NCBI GenBank assembly: GCA_965116885.1
Contig: OZ220741.1
Location: 4,608,001 to 4,672,000 of the forward strand
Length of the DNA stretch: 64,000 bases
Origin: Candidatus Latescibacterota bacterium
Lineage (GTDB): Bacteria; Latescibacterota; UBA2968
Reading direction: 5' to 3'
Of the stretch, positions 51,279 through 60,928 are shown one piece after another. The notes below the pieces were generated by a model, which was given only the letters and a program-made list of their open reading frames with translations, had not been told where the DNA came from and searched no databases. A program made the translations under genes and the position numbers. Numbering within the stretch: position 1 is the stretch's first letter; every line of letters begins with the position of its first letter.

Positions 51279-53417
51279 ATGAAGCGTTTTTGTATTGTGC
51301 TTGTGGTCATTACAAGCTGTCTATGGACCTGGCTACCTCTGGCGCATACATCACAAGTAAGACCTGTGCCGGACTTTGATCAAAACGGCACTGTGGATAT
51401 TTCAGACTTTTTGCTCTTTGTCGGCAAATTTGGTTCAAAACAAGGCGATGAGACGTATGAAGACCGATTCGATCTGGATGGCAATGGCACGGTTGACATT
51501 TCAGACTTTCTGATCTTCGTCAAGGATTTTGGCAAAGCATCTCCTGAAAGTGGTGATGAAAACGACGTGAATATACCAGATGCCAACCTGCGTGCTGTAA
51601 TAGCAGACAGCCTTGGCAAAGGGCGAGATGAGGCCATCACACGGGCAGAGATGGCGAGCCTGACGCACCTTGAGGCACAGGGGGCGAACATCAGCGATTT
51701 GACCGGGTTGCAGTTTGCTACCAATCTGACATACCTGTGGCTTACTGGCAACCAACTAACAGACCTCTCTGCGTTGTGTGACTTGACCGACCTGACAGAT
51801 CTGGTTCTTTTTTCAAACACAATAACAGATATATCCGCGCTATCTAACCTGACAAATTTGGGACACCTGAATCTTGCTGGCAATGGCCTCTCCGATATAT
51901 CCACGCTGTCTAACTTAATAAACTTGGAATGGCTGTTCCTTGCCGACAACACAATAACAGATATCTCTGCCCTATCTGATCTGATCAATTTGACAGGGCT
52001 GGATATTAGCAATGCCACCATTACAGATATCTCTGCCCTGGCTAACTTGATCAACCTGACAAACCTGGGACTTAACGATAACTGTGTATCAGACCTCTCT
52101 GCACTGTCTAACTTGACAAATCTGACATATCTGAATCTCAGCGGCAATAGAATCACAGACCTTTCGCCATTAGTGACAAATACGGGATTGGGTAGTGGCG
52201 ACGAGGTCGATGTGCGGAAAAATCCATTAAGTGCCGAATCGCTCAACAGACACATACTTACCATTCAGAGCACAGGCGTTAAGATACAATTCGACGACCA
52301 GTTCGTATTGGGATGCGTCCCCATACTTCCAAAGAATCTTTCCGTAGATACAGGAAGTTCTCACACTCTACAGGCCAATTCTCTGTATGTTGATCATGAG
52401 ATAATAAGACGCGGAGGTAGTGCTGGCGTGGTGTATGCCGATTTTAACAGAGACGGTCATATTGACATTTTTTATGCACCAGGCGGAGGTTCAGCAGAGC
52501 CTACTCCCGCAGAATTGTATCTTAATGATGGCGCAGGATGTTTCTCCCTCGACACCAATTTCTTTAATGGAAATCCACCGGGTTTGGTGCATCCGAGAAA
52601 GGCTTTGCCGGGAGATTTTAACGGGGACGGGAAAATGGACATCTTCGCGTTGGGTCACGGGTACGACGCCCCACCCTTTCCGGGCGAAGCACCTTATGTC
52701 ATTCTTTCGTCAGGTGACGGCTTCGTATTGGGCAAAGGGTTAGACACACTTATTGGATATCATCACGGCGGCGCATCAGCCGATATTGACAAGGATGGAG
52801 ATATAGATGTATTTGTCACTAATTCACCCTTCGGCACGCCATTCTTTCTTATTAACGACGGCACGGGATCATTTACAATAGATATAAACCGGACTGAGGG
52901 CCTTGTGCATAGACAGCTATATACCGCTGAATTGGTTGATGTCGATACCGACGGGTTTCTCGACTTGTTAGTTGCGGGTCACGAATACGATCCCATGCCC
53001 GGAGACGAAATGCCGACGCAAATCCTGTGGGGTGATAGCACAGGTATATTTAGTACAGCTAAGGCGACAGTTCTTCCGGATATTATTGGTCACGGCACTG
53101 TTGTTGACATTGACGTAAGCGATACAGATGAGGACGGAGATAAAGATATTGTCGTCAACCGAACCTCCGATTCCGCTGTGGGTAACGACTGGTATAAGGG
53201 ATATTATTTGCAATTAGTTGAACAAAAAGCCCCGCGCAGGTTCGAGGACAAAACTGCGCAGTCAATTTTCAAAAACGAAGATGCCAATGCGGATTGGATC
53301 ACCTGGATCCGAATGTGTGATTGCAATGGCGATGGACATGTAGATATCGTGGTTGACGATGCCGGCAGAAACTTGATCTGGGAGAATGACGGAACCGGCA
53401 CATTTAGGCCACGCTGA
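51279..53417 (+). CDS. Secreted EF-hand/dockerin-like + internalin-type LRR + FG-GAP/VCBS repeat protein
   Basis: 22-aa LRRs (LTNLTYLNLSGNRITDLSPL); ADFNRDGHIDIF, GDFNGDGKMDIF, ADIDKDGDIDVF. Confidence 0.9.
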   Translation: MKRFCIVLVVITSCLWTWLPLAHTSQVRPVPDFDQNGTVDISDFLLFVGKFGSKQGDETYEDRFDLDGNGTVDISDFLIFVKDFGKASPESGDENDVNIPDANLRAVIADSLGKGRDEAITRAEMASLTHLEAQGANISDLTGLQFATNLTYLWLTGNQLTDLSALCDLTDLTDLVLFSNTITDISALSNLTNLGHLNLAGNGLSDISTLSNLINLEWLFLADNTITDISALSDLINLTGLDISNATITDISALANLINLTNLGLNDNCVSDLSALSNLTNLTYLNLSGNRITDLSPLVTNTGLGSGDEVDVRKNPLSAESLNRHILTIQSTGVKIQFDDQFVLGCVPILPKNLSVDTGSSHTLQANSLYVDHEIIRRGGSAGVVYADFNRDGHIDIFYAPGGGSAEPTPAELYLNDGAGCFSLDTNFFNGNPPGLVHPRKALPGDFNGDGKMDIFALGHGYDAPPFPGEAPYVILSSGDGFVLGKGLDTLIGYHHGGASADIDKDGDIDVFVTNSPFGTPFFLINDGTGSFTIDINRTEGLVHRQLYTAELVDVDTDGFLDLLVAGHEYDPMPGDEMPTQILWGDSTGIFSTAKATVLPDIIGHGTVVDIDVSDTDEDGDKDIVVNRTSDSAVGNDWYKGYYLQLVEQKAPRRFEDKTAQSIFKNEDANADWITWIRMCDCNGDGHVDIVVDDAGRNLIWENDGTGTFRPR

Positions 53418-53483
53418 GCGCAGAAGCCAACCAGCGGAGTATGCGGATTCGTGTCACTGATGTAAAAAAACGTTCTATGAGAC

Positions 53484-53622
53484 AATTATATTGAAGGGTG
53501 GTATAATCCGCATCGCAGGCATTCTTCCATCGCCTACCCTGCGCCGATAGCCTATGAAAAACTGCATCAATCACAGGCCTGATACACAAGCCCTAAATAC
53601 GCCACCAAAACAGGGCAACTTC
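53484..53622 (+). mobile_element. IS3 right-end relic (orfB C-terminus + IRR)
   Basis: Translates as YIEGWYNPHRRHSSIAYPAPIAYEKL*, followed by CCACCAAAACAGGGCAACTTCA. Confidence 0.8.
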
Positions 53623-53967
53623 AATTTTTTTTTGTTACTACTTCTGGAGTGCTTTATTGCACTCCAGCACCATCCTACATATCCCCTTAAGTAAGGTAAC
53701 AAAGAACACACCATTGAGGGTCTTCTTGGTATGCTGGAGATTCGCTTTGGTGAGCAATGCGCCCCTCCTATCTAACTGCATTGCCGCTATCAACGATGTG
53801 CAACACCTGAAGCAGTTGCATCGTTGCGATACAAGTTCCGGCATGATCACACACTGGGATAGAAAGACTTGCCGCATGCCTTGTCGCCCCTCAATCTGCT
53901 ATGTATATTTATTGATTTACGCAGATTATGCAGATGCCTGTCAAGCTCGGCAAAGGAAGGGAGTGAT

Positions 53968-54720
53968 ATGTTCTACAACGAACTGATCAAACAAATAGAT
54001 TCCATGCCTTACACACATCGGAGGATGTTGTTTAGAGGGGAACCCCAGAAGTTTAAGCACGTATCTTCGGGATTCTACAGGATGCGCGAGAAGGCAGATC
54101 CTCGCTGGGCTGAATATTCTGCCCAAGAAAGAGAGGAGGATATGAAAATATGTGAAGGGCACGCAGTATCAGGTGCTGGCGTATTTGAGGGGGTGGATGC
54201 AGAAAGGCAATATGAATTGTTCGCTACATTTATGGAGGGCAACCCTCTTGAGCAGGTGCCTGAAAAGTCGTGGGAGACGCTAGGAAAAATAAGGCAGGCA
54301 GGTGGAAAAACTAATTTTATAGATTTTTCAAGGGATGTGAATATTGCCATATATTTTGCATGTTCGGATATTGCAGGCCTTCCCATAAGCTGCGGCAAAT
54401 CTCGTCACGATGGGCGCATTGTGATATATCGCCCATTGACAATCCCTGGAAAGCACCCAATCATGGAATTCCCTCATGCCGGATATAGCAAGTACCAAAG
54501 TAGTGTTTTTGTTCGGCCAAGAGAGGGCGGATCTATCCCTCTTGATGAAGATGTATTGGCTATTCCGGTGCCAAAGGAAGAGAAGCTGTCTCTTTTGAGC
54601 CATCTCGATGTTTATTGCAATGTAAGGCCAAGTACGGTATATCCAGACCTTGGGGGCTACGTTAGGAACGAGGGCCTGATTTTCCCCACCAAAGAAGAGA
54701 TAAATGCCAAATATAAATAA
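53968..54720 (+). CDS. FRG domain protein
   Basis: LFRGE; QAGGKTNFIDFSRDVNIAIYFAC; QSSVF; VYPDLGG. Confidence 0.8.
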   Translation: MFYNELIKQIDSMPYTHRRMLFRGEPQKFKHVSSGFYRMREKADPRWAEYSAQEREEDMKICEGHAVSGAGVFEGVDAERQYELFATFMEGNPLEQVPEKSWETLGKIRQAGGKTNFIDFSRDVNIAIYFACSDIAGLPISCGKSRHDGRIVIYRPLTIPGKHPIMEFPHAGYSKYQSSVFVRPREGGSIPLDEDVLAIPVPKEEKLSLLSHLDVYCNVRPSTVYPDLGGYVRNEGLIFPTKEEINAKYK

Positions 54721-54836
54721 CTGCACGATCTTCGAAGCGGACAACCTCGATATCCTGCGCGGGGTCCATTCGGAAAGAATCGACCTCATCTACCTAGACC
54801 CCGCCATTCAAGTCTGACAGGAACTATGCGCCGCCT
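54719..54836 (+). pseudogene. DNA methyltransferase N-terminal relic
   Basis: TIFEADNLDILRG..SERIDLIYLD, then frameshift, then PPFKSDRNYAPP; resembles the start of 30609-32018. Confidence 0.75.
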
Positions 54837-54950
54837 GACGATCACCGCAAGGCCACAACATTTTTATGAATTTATGCTACTCTGTGCAGTTAAAAATGCC
54901 TATGTTCTGCCGATTATTTTAGACAATGAAGAAAGAAAGGATGCCACTGG

Positions 54951-55709
54951 ATGTTCAAAAGAATTGTTGGATGCCTATTGCTTGTTATGGCAACAGCCGA
55001 TATTGCAGAAGCTGTTGACGGCGATCTTGACTTAGATGGGGATGTAGATTTTCAAGACTTTTTAATTTTAGTACAAAATTTCGGAAAGGAAGGCCCTCCT
55101 TCTCCAGCACGTACTGATACCATTTATGTGACGAAAATAGATACCGTATTTACTACCATCAGAGACACTATATATGTCTCGAAAGTGGACACGTTTTATA
55201 TCGAGACAGGTGCGCCTGTCATTCCCTATGACCGTGACCTGTACAAGCATTGGATTGATGCTGATGGGGACTGTCAGGACACAAGACAGGAAGTTTTAAT
55301 ATCTGAAAGTCTGCAACCAGTCGTTCTCGACGACCGGGGATGCCGGGTCGTATCGGGAGAATGGTTGGATTTGTACACGGGACAGACTTTTACTGATCCG
55401 AGTAGATTGGACATAGACCACTTTATTCCGCTGTCTGAAGCCCATCGAAGTGGCGCAGATACCTGGACGCCGGAACAAAGGCAAGCATTCGCCAATGATT
55501 TGACGAATGAACATTCTTTAATTGCTGTGTCTGCCTCAGCAAACCGATCTAAAGGAGATCGAGACCCCGCAAACTGGTTGCCACCGAATGAGGCTTTTCA
55601 GTGCGAGTATATAAAACGGTGGGTGGCCGTGAAGGAGTATTTCAACTTAAGGATGGATGCAACAGAAAGAAATTTTTTGCAAAATCATCCATGTTTGCAG
55701 AATGATTAA
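54951..55709 (+). CDS. Secreted DUF1524/HNH-type nuclease with N-terminal EF-hand-like motif
   Basis: DLDLDGDVDFQDFL; LDIDHFIPLSEAH...NRSKGD..PANWLP. Confidence 0.85.
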   Translation: MFKRIVGCLLLVMATADIAEAVDGDLDLDGDVDFQDFLILVQNFGKEGPPSPARTDTIYVTKIDTVFTTIRDTIYVSKVDTFYIETGAPVIPYDRDLYKHWIDADGDCQDTRQEVLISESLQPVVLDDRGCRVVSGEWLDLYTGQTFTDPSRLDIDHFIPLSEAHRSGADTWTPEQRQAFANDLTNEHSLIAVSASANRSKGDRDPANWLPPNEAFQCEYIKRWVAVKEYFNLRMDATERNFLQNHPCLQND

Positions 55710-56031
55710 ATTCTAAAAAACCTCGAGTACAATACAAAAGCCCGCTGATCGCTACAGATTGACGGGCTTTTGCCTATGCTTGGTGGGAATTATATACGAA
55801 AGTGCCGAAGCAGCACAGTGAGAATAGCTACTCTAAAAATAGGTGGCAAAACACAAAAATGCAAGGGGGAAGACGTAAGGAAAATACTGCTCGACAAGGT
55901 TGCCCAGATTTGTTAAAATAAGTTTAACATTGTTTAACAGAAAGGAGAAGGGGGTTAATGGAGACTTTAGTCTTTTCTGAGATACTGAATGGTTGCTGTA
56001 GAATATGCCAATTAGAGGATGAATACTATTC

Positions 56032-56150
56032 TGGAGTTACCCCGCTTTCGTGGATAATGTAGGAGGTTCATCCTAATCATTCTGCGCCATCAGTTTCTCA
56101 TAGGTGATGGGTAATTGTGAAATGTTATACATCAAATCGGATCAAGTCCA
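56032..56150. mobile_element. 119-bp miniature IS3 derivative
   Basis: TGGAGTTACCCCGCTTT...AAATCGGATCAAGTCCA; TG...CA ends. Confidence 0.8.
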
Positions 56151-56161
56151 GGGTCAATATG

Positions 56162-56818
56162 CTATTCATTATCAGATAAGCAAGGGTGAGTTTGTAAAAA
56201 ACGTATCTCTGCGGTATCCATATCTAAATCCCAATAATTCTTTATTGCAATCCAACGGTTGATATATTCACAATGGAATGACTTATTAGGCGGTAGCCAA
56301 TTTGCAATATCTTTATCACGCTTAGAACGATTGGCAGACGCAGATACAGCGATTAAAGCATGCTTATTTACCAAATCATTTGAAAATAAACGTCTCTTAG
56401 CCGAAGTCCAAAGATTAGCACCGCTTCGGTGGGCTTCTGCTAACGGTATAAAATGGTCTATATCTAATTTCCCAGGGTCTGTAAAAACTTGACCAGTATA
56501 TAAATCTAACCACTTGCCAGATAGAACTTTACAACCCTTACTGTCGAGAACAACTGGTTCTAAACTTTCAGCTATTAAAACCTCTTGCCTTGTATTCTGG
56601 CAATCCCCATCAGCATCAATCCAGTAACCGTAAAGACTTCTGCTGTAAGTATTCGATTTTGTTGATTTATCAGAACTTTTACTTTTAGAACCACTATGAT
56701 AATGATACTCTCCAGTCTTACGATTCGTATGACCGCCATTACTGTCAGTCCTCCCACTATGACCGTAAGCCAACGTAGAACCAAAGAGTATTGTAGCCAA
56801 TACAAATAACTTATACAT
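56162..56818 (-). CDS. Secreted YHYH + DUF1524/HNH-type nuclease
   Basis: HSGRTDSNGGH...GEYHYH; LDIDHFIPLAEAH...NRSK. Confidence 0.85.
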   Translation of the reverse strand: MYKLFVLATILFGSTLAYGHSGRTDSNGGHTNRKTGEYHYHSGSKSKSSDKSTKSNTYSRSLYGYWIDADGDCQNTRQEVLIAESLEPVVLDSKGCKVLSGKWLDLYTGQVFTDPGKLDIDHFIPLAEAHRSGANLWTSAKRRLFSNDLVNKHALIAVSASANRSKRDKDIANWLPPNKSFHCEYINRWIAIKNYWDLDMDTAEIRFLQTHPCLSDNE

Positions 56819-57347
56819 AAACCAAATTCTCCAATTAAACGAGTTAAGATGAAACTTCATAGTAATATATATCATAGAGATTGCCGTCGAATCTAAACTT
56901 ACAAATTAGATCGCAAAGACGGCGAATTTCAAACGGCACATCGTAGATGGTTATGGTATTTACGTCATTGCGCTCCCACTTCAATCCCTCCATAGATTTC
57001 ATATGTTCCTCAACCTCACTTATTGCCATCCCCGTCTTTAATTTGAAGGGATATTTTTCTGGTGGTAAAATCATAGGTGTTTCCTCCAGTGTTCAGGCGT
57101 TAAAAAAAGTTGCTCAATTTTGTATATAATACCAATATTTTCCATAATTTATGGAAATAAAAATTAATTTTATTGTTAAATCAGCTCGAATTTTGAACGG
57201 TTAAAACGGGTCAGAGCTAATACGCTCTAACTCCCGAAGTGCCCTCTGATTCCATCCAGGTACCAATGGCTAAGCCTTTTAAATGGACTTATACGGGCAA
57301 ACCTCTGAAAGTATAAACCGATGGAATACTTCTGCCAAACAGCACTA

Positions 57348-58284
57348 GGTAGTGTCTGAAAAGTCGTAAAGTATGTATTTTAGTTGCAGCATACGCCGAA
57401 AAGAAAGGAGTATGATATGCAACGGAGATACGAACTGAGCGACGAGGAATGGCATCTGATCCAAGACTTATTCCCACCGCCGCAGAAGATGGGTCGTCCC
57501 CGTCGGGATGATCGTACATTATTCAACGGGGTCTTCTGGATATTGTGTTCAGGTGCAGCTTGGCGCGATCTGCCAGAACGCTATGGTCCTTGGCAGACAG
57601 CCTTTGACCGATTCTGCAAATGGAAGCAGGATGGCACCTTTGATCGCATTGTAGAAAAGCTGCATCTCAAATTGGATGAAGATGGCCTTTTAGATTATGC
57701 GACCTGGATGATGGATGCAACCCATATTCGAGCCACACAAGCCGCGGCAGGAGCGAAAAAAAAAGGGTAAAGAGGGTGAAGCAGAACCCCCAGATCACGC
57801 TTTAGGACGCTCTCGTGGCGGTTTGACCACGAAAATCCATCTTCTTTGCGATGCAGTCGGGCATCCTTTAGCAGTGGACCTGCTCCCTGGCAACCAGTCA
57901 GAATCCACACAGGCTGAAAGGCTGTTATCAAAGGTACGCATACCCACCAAACAAGGGCGTCCAAGAAACCGACCTCAGTATCTGGTGGCTGATAAGTCTT
58001 ATGATGTCTCACGCATCAGAGGCTATCTACGCAAACGGGGTATCAAGGCTGCTATCCCAAACAAGGCGATTCCTAAAGGCAGAAAACGGCGTAAGAGAGG
58101 ACCAAGGCCAACGTGTGATAAAAGATTATATGCCAAACGCAATATCGTCGAGCGTCTCTTTGGCTGGCTCAAACACTGCCGACGGATTGTGACCCGGTTT
58201 GAAAAAAAGGCGACTCATTTTCTCACTATGGTCAAGCTGGCATGTATCAGACAACTCTTCAAAGCTTACTTTTCAGACACTACC
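57348..58284 (+). mobile_element. IS5-family element, two-ORF transposase (57417-57770 and ~57756-58287)
   Basis: 17-bp perfect IR GGTAGTGTCTGAAAAGT in CTAG/TA target context; WRDLPERYGPW, GRSRGGLTTKIH, ADKSYD, RNIVERLF. Confidence 0.93.
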
Positions 58285-58313
58285 TAGCAAAAATATTTCT
58301 TTTAGTTCAAGAG

Positions 58314-58341
58314 CAGACCCTACAGACCCTACAGACCCTAC
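58314..58341. repeat. 9-bp tandem repeat (CAGACCCTA)x3
   Basis: Directly visible. Confidence 0.85.
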
Positions 58342-58474
58342 CTACCGCCACTACCGCGCCGGCGCTTACCGCAGTGTCTGGACTATCTTTGGATACTCGC
58401 TTCAAGGTAGCACCAAGTAATTACCAAGCAAAATTACCCGGTTACCGCATTTTTCGCCAAAGGAGCCTCTTAAA

Positions 58475-59491
58475 ATGGACATTGAAGAGATCGTACAGAG
58501 ATTGAACGACGAATCTGACCGATTCAAATTTGGCAAGCTTCAAGAGATCCGAAAAAAGTACCTCGGGCTCCAGCAAGTGCCGGTTCTAACGCCATTCGGG
58601 AAGCAGGCCACATTCCCTGACGAAGCCTATGCCTATCATGTCGGAGGGTATAATGAACTCCAGTTCAACGTCGGTTTCGAGGAAGATTTTCGCTGGGGCG
58701 TTGCGATTTCATTGCAGGCGACTCAATGGATACCTAATCCAGTAGAGAAATTATCTCCCAAGCTTGACAAGTTGAGCGAGTTCATCCGTTTGCACGGAGA
58801 CGACCACCTAAATGGGTTCCTGATGTGGCACAGGCACCCCTCCGAAGGCCGGAGCGCTGATCGTTCTCCAGAAGTCGTTCCTCGACGTTTATATACCGAT
58901 GAAGTATTTATCTTTCTCGGAAAACACGAACATATTGACTCCTTCGACGCTGATACTATCCTCCACGATTTCGACAGGTTATTGCCCCTTTATGAATATG
59001 TCGAGTTCGGGACATCTGATTTTCCTATCCTCGAAGACGAATCCGGCTTCGCCTTCAGGCCCGAACACCAACCGAATAGACCGGACAGACGATATCGGAT
59101 GAACGTAATACGAGCGACAGGTCCAAACGAAGTGTACCTCCGACATAACCAGATACAGGACGTTCTTGAACAGGAGCTTCGTGCTGAAGTCGGAAATCAG
59201 GTGGCATCAGAACACCCAGACGGGATCGGCGGTCGCGTAGATTTGATTGCCCAGCGTGGGGACGATTTAGAATTCTATGAGATCAAGATTGGCGGTTCTG
59301 TACGTTCGTGTATTCGCCAAGCTCTCGGCCAGCTTATGGAGTATGGTTTTTGGCCTGGCGCTGCGCGCCCTGCAAAACTCTTCGTTGTTGGAGAACCATC
59401 CCTTGATGGGAAAGCGGAAGAGTACCTCCAGAGCCTGCAAGAAGAGTTCCGCATCCCGATTTACTACCGGCAGGTCGTCATTGAGAATTAA
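58475..59491 (+). CDS. Putative PD-(D/E)xK nuclease
   Basis: H..IQ..L...E....RVDL.....FYEIK....IRQALGQLMEY. Confidence 0.7.
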   Translation: MDIEEIVQRLNDESDRFKFGKLQEIRKKYLGLQQVPVLTPFGKQATFPDEAYAYHVGGYNELQFNVGFEEDFRWGVAISLQATQWIPNPVEKLSPKLDKLSEFIRLHGDDHLNGFLMWHRHPSEGRSADRSPEVVPRRLYTDEVFIFLGKHEHIDSFDADTILHDFDRLLPLYEYVEFGTSDFPILEDESGFAFRPEHQPNRPDRRYRMNVIRATGPNEVYLRHNQIQDVLEQELRAEVGNQVASEHPDGIGGRVDLIAQRGDDLEFYEIKIGGSVRSCIRQALGQLMEYGFWPGAARPAKLFVVGEPSLDGKAEEYLQSLQEEFRIPIYYRQVVIEN

Positions 59492-59782
59492 TCGTGTCCG
59501 CTAGAGGATGCTTGGAAGAAGGAACCGAGCCAAGCCGCTGCCTTGTGGGTCGAGATAGCCGAGGCCAACGCCCGCGCCTACGTGAGAGCACTCTATAATG
59601 ACGAGGTGGGGCCGCTCCGGCGCCGTCTACGGTGTTTATATAGCGACCCATCACTTTTGGCCGCTTTCACCATTAGGGCCTTTCCAACCTTTGAGCCTAA
59701 ATATCTGCTCGTTTACTTTTTTGAAAATGCAAGCAGTAAGTATGCAGGATGTTACTCACCCAGTAGATTCCGACTGCAAAGG

Positions 59783-59888
59783 GTGGACTTGACCCGTTTT
59801 AGTGGACAACTTATCTCTTTCAGAGAAAGGAGTCCAAAATGAGAAGAAAAAGATCATATCCAACAGCATCTAAAGCGGGGTAACTCCA
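59783..59888 (+). mobile_element. Internally deleted IS3 derivative (IRL, RBS, first orfA codons, IRR)
   Basis: TGGACTTGACCCGTTTTAGTGGACA...AAAGGAG..ATG (MRRKRSYPT)...AAAGCGGGGTAACTCCA. Confidence 0.75.
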
Positions 59889-60434
59889 TTAGTAACGCAT
59901 TCTCGCCATACTAATGTATTCTTTCTCCACCACCTCTATTTGTGGTATGCCCTGGTATTCTGTTATTTTTCCTCTCACACAAATCTGTTTTCCTCTATAT
60001 GTCTGTTCTGGTTTGTCAAATTTCTGACGATACCGACCCCATATCACAACAGTAAAAACTTGATCTGGGTACGGTTTACCAAGGTTCAGATAGGTAGGAG
60101 ATCCTCTGCTGTTCTCAGCGTAATGGGTACTCTCAACTTTACCGCAGACAACTCCTATTTGGCCGATATGATTAACAGCATCTTCAGCTATAATTTTACT
60201 ATCCTCATAAAAATCATCGCCCTGTACATCATAACCCATTCTATCGGCCCGCTTCAACCCCAAGCTGTCTTCCGCGTCATTCGATATCGCTTTAGTTCCG
60301 CCATCGACATAAGCTGATGCCTTCTTCGTTTGAGGGGCATCCAGTCTTTCTACCTCCGTTTGTCCACACGACAAAAACACTGCGCCAAAACTAAAGATCA
60401 ATGAAACGCACAACAAAAATCGGAGAATATACAC
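59889..60434 (-). CDS. Lipoprotein with OB-fold-like domain
   Basis: FLSC lipobox-like; VCGKV...TYLNLGKPYP..FTVVIW...VRGKITEYQGIPQI. Confidence 0.75.
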   Translation of the reverse strand: MYILRFLLCVSLIFSFGAVFLSCGQTEVERLDAPQTKKASAYVDGGTKAISNDAEDSLGLKRADRMGYDVQGDDFYEDSKIIAEDAVNHIGQIGVVCGKVESTHYAENSRGSPTYLNLGKPYPDQVFTVVIWGRYRQKFDKPEQTYRGKQICVRGKITEYQGIPQIEVVEKEYISMARMRY

Positions 60435-60606
60435 ACATCCCTCCCTGAAAAGTTACAGTGATACTCTATAACAAATGATAGGTAGGTCACAAGCAAAAAG
60501 CCGAATTAGCCTACACTTCCATTTCACGATCCCGCCAGCGAGAATATAGTAGGTTGCCATTTCTCTGTCCACCAAAACGAGTCGAGTCTATGGAGCAAGT
60601 CCAGCT

Positions 60607-60724
60607 TGGAGTTGCCCCGCTTTCGTGGATAATGTAGAAGGTTCACGCCAATCATCCAGTGCCATCAATTTTTCATAGTTGATCAGTGATTTATGCTATT
60701 GTCCACCAAATCGGGACAAGTCCA
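60607..60724. mobile_element. 118-bp miniature IS3 derivative
   Basis: TGGAGTTGCCCCGCTTT...TGTCCACCAAATCGGGACAAGTCCA. Confidence 0.8.
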
Positions 60725-60928
60725 TTTAGAAAAGTTGGTATAATTTTTGCCCTGCTCTGTTAAAACGGGAATTACCCACTTTAACCCCCTAACTTTGCAT
60801 AAAGTAAAACCCCACAATCTAAGTGATTGTGGGGCTTCTTTGTTAAAGGACTGCCTTTAACAACCCCCCTTTGTCAACATTTTTTAGAAGTTTCCCGTTG
60901 ACAAACTCTTTTTTTACCGGTCATACTT

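Noticed and set aside
51655..52170. 66-bp DNA repeats and the antisense ORF 51380-52264
   Set aside because: Explained by LRR coding repeats; the antisense ORF is a shadow
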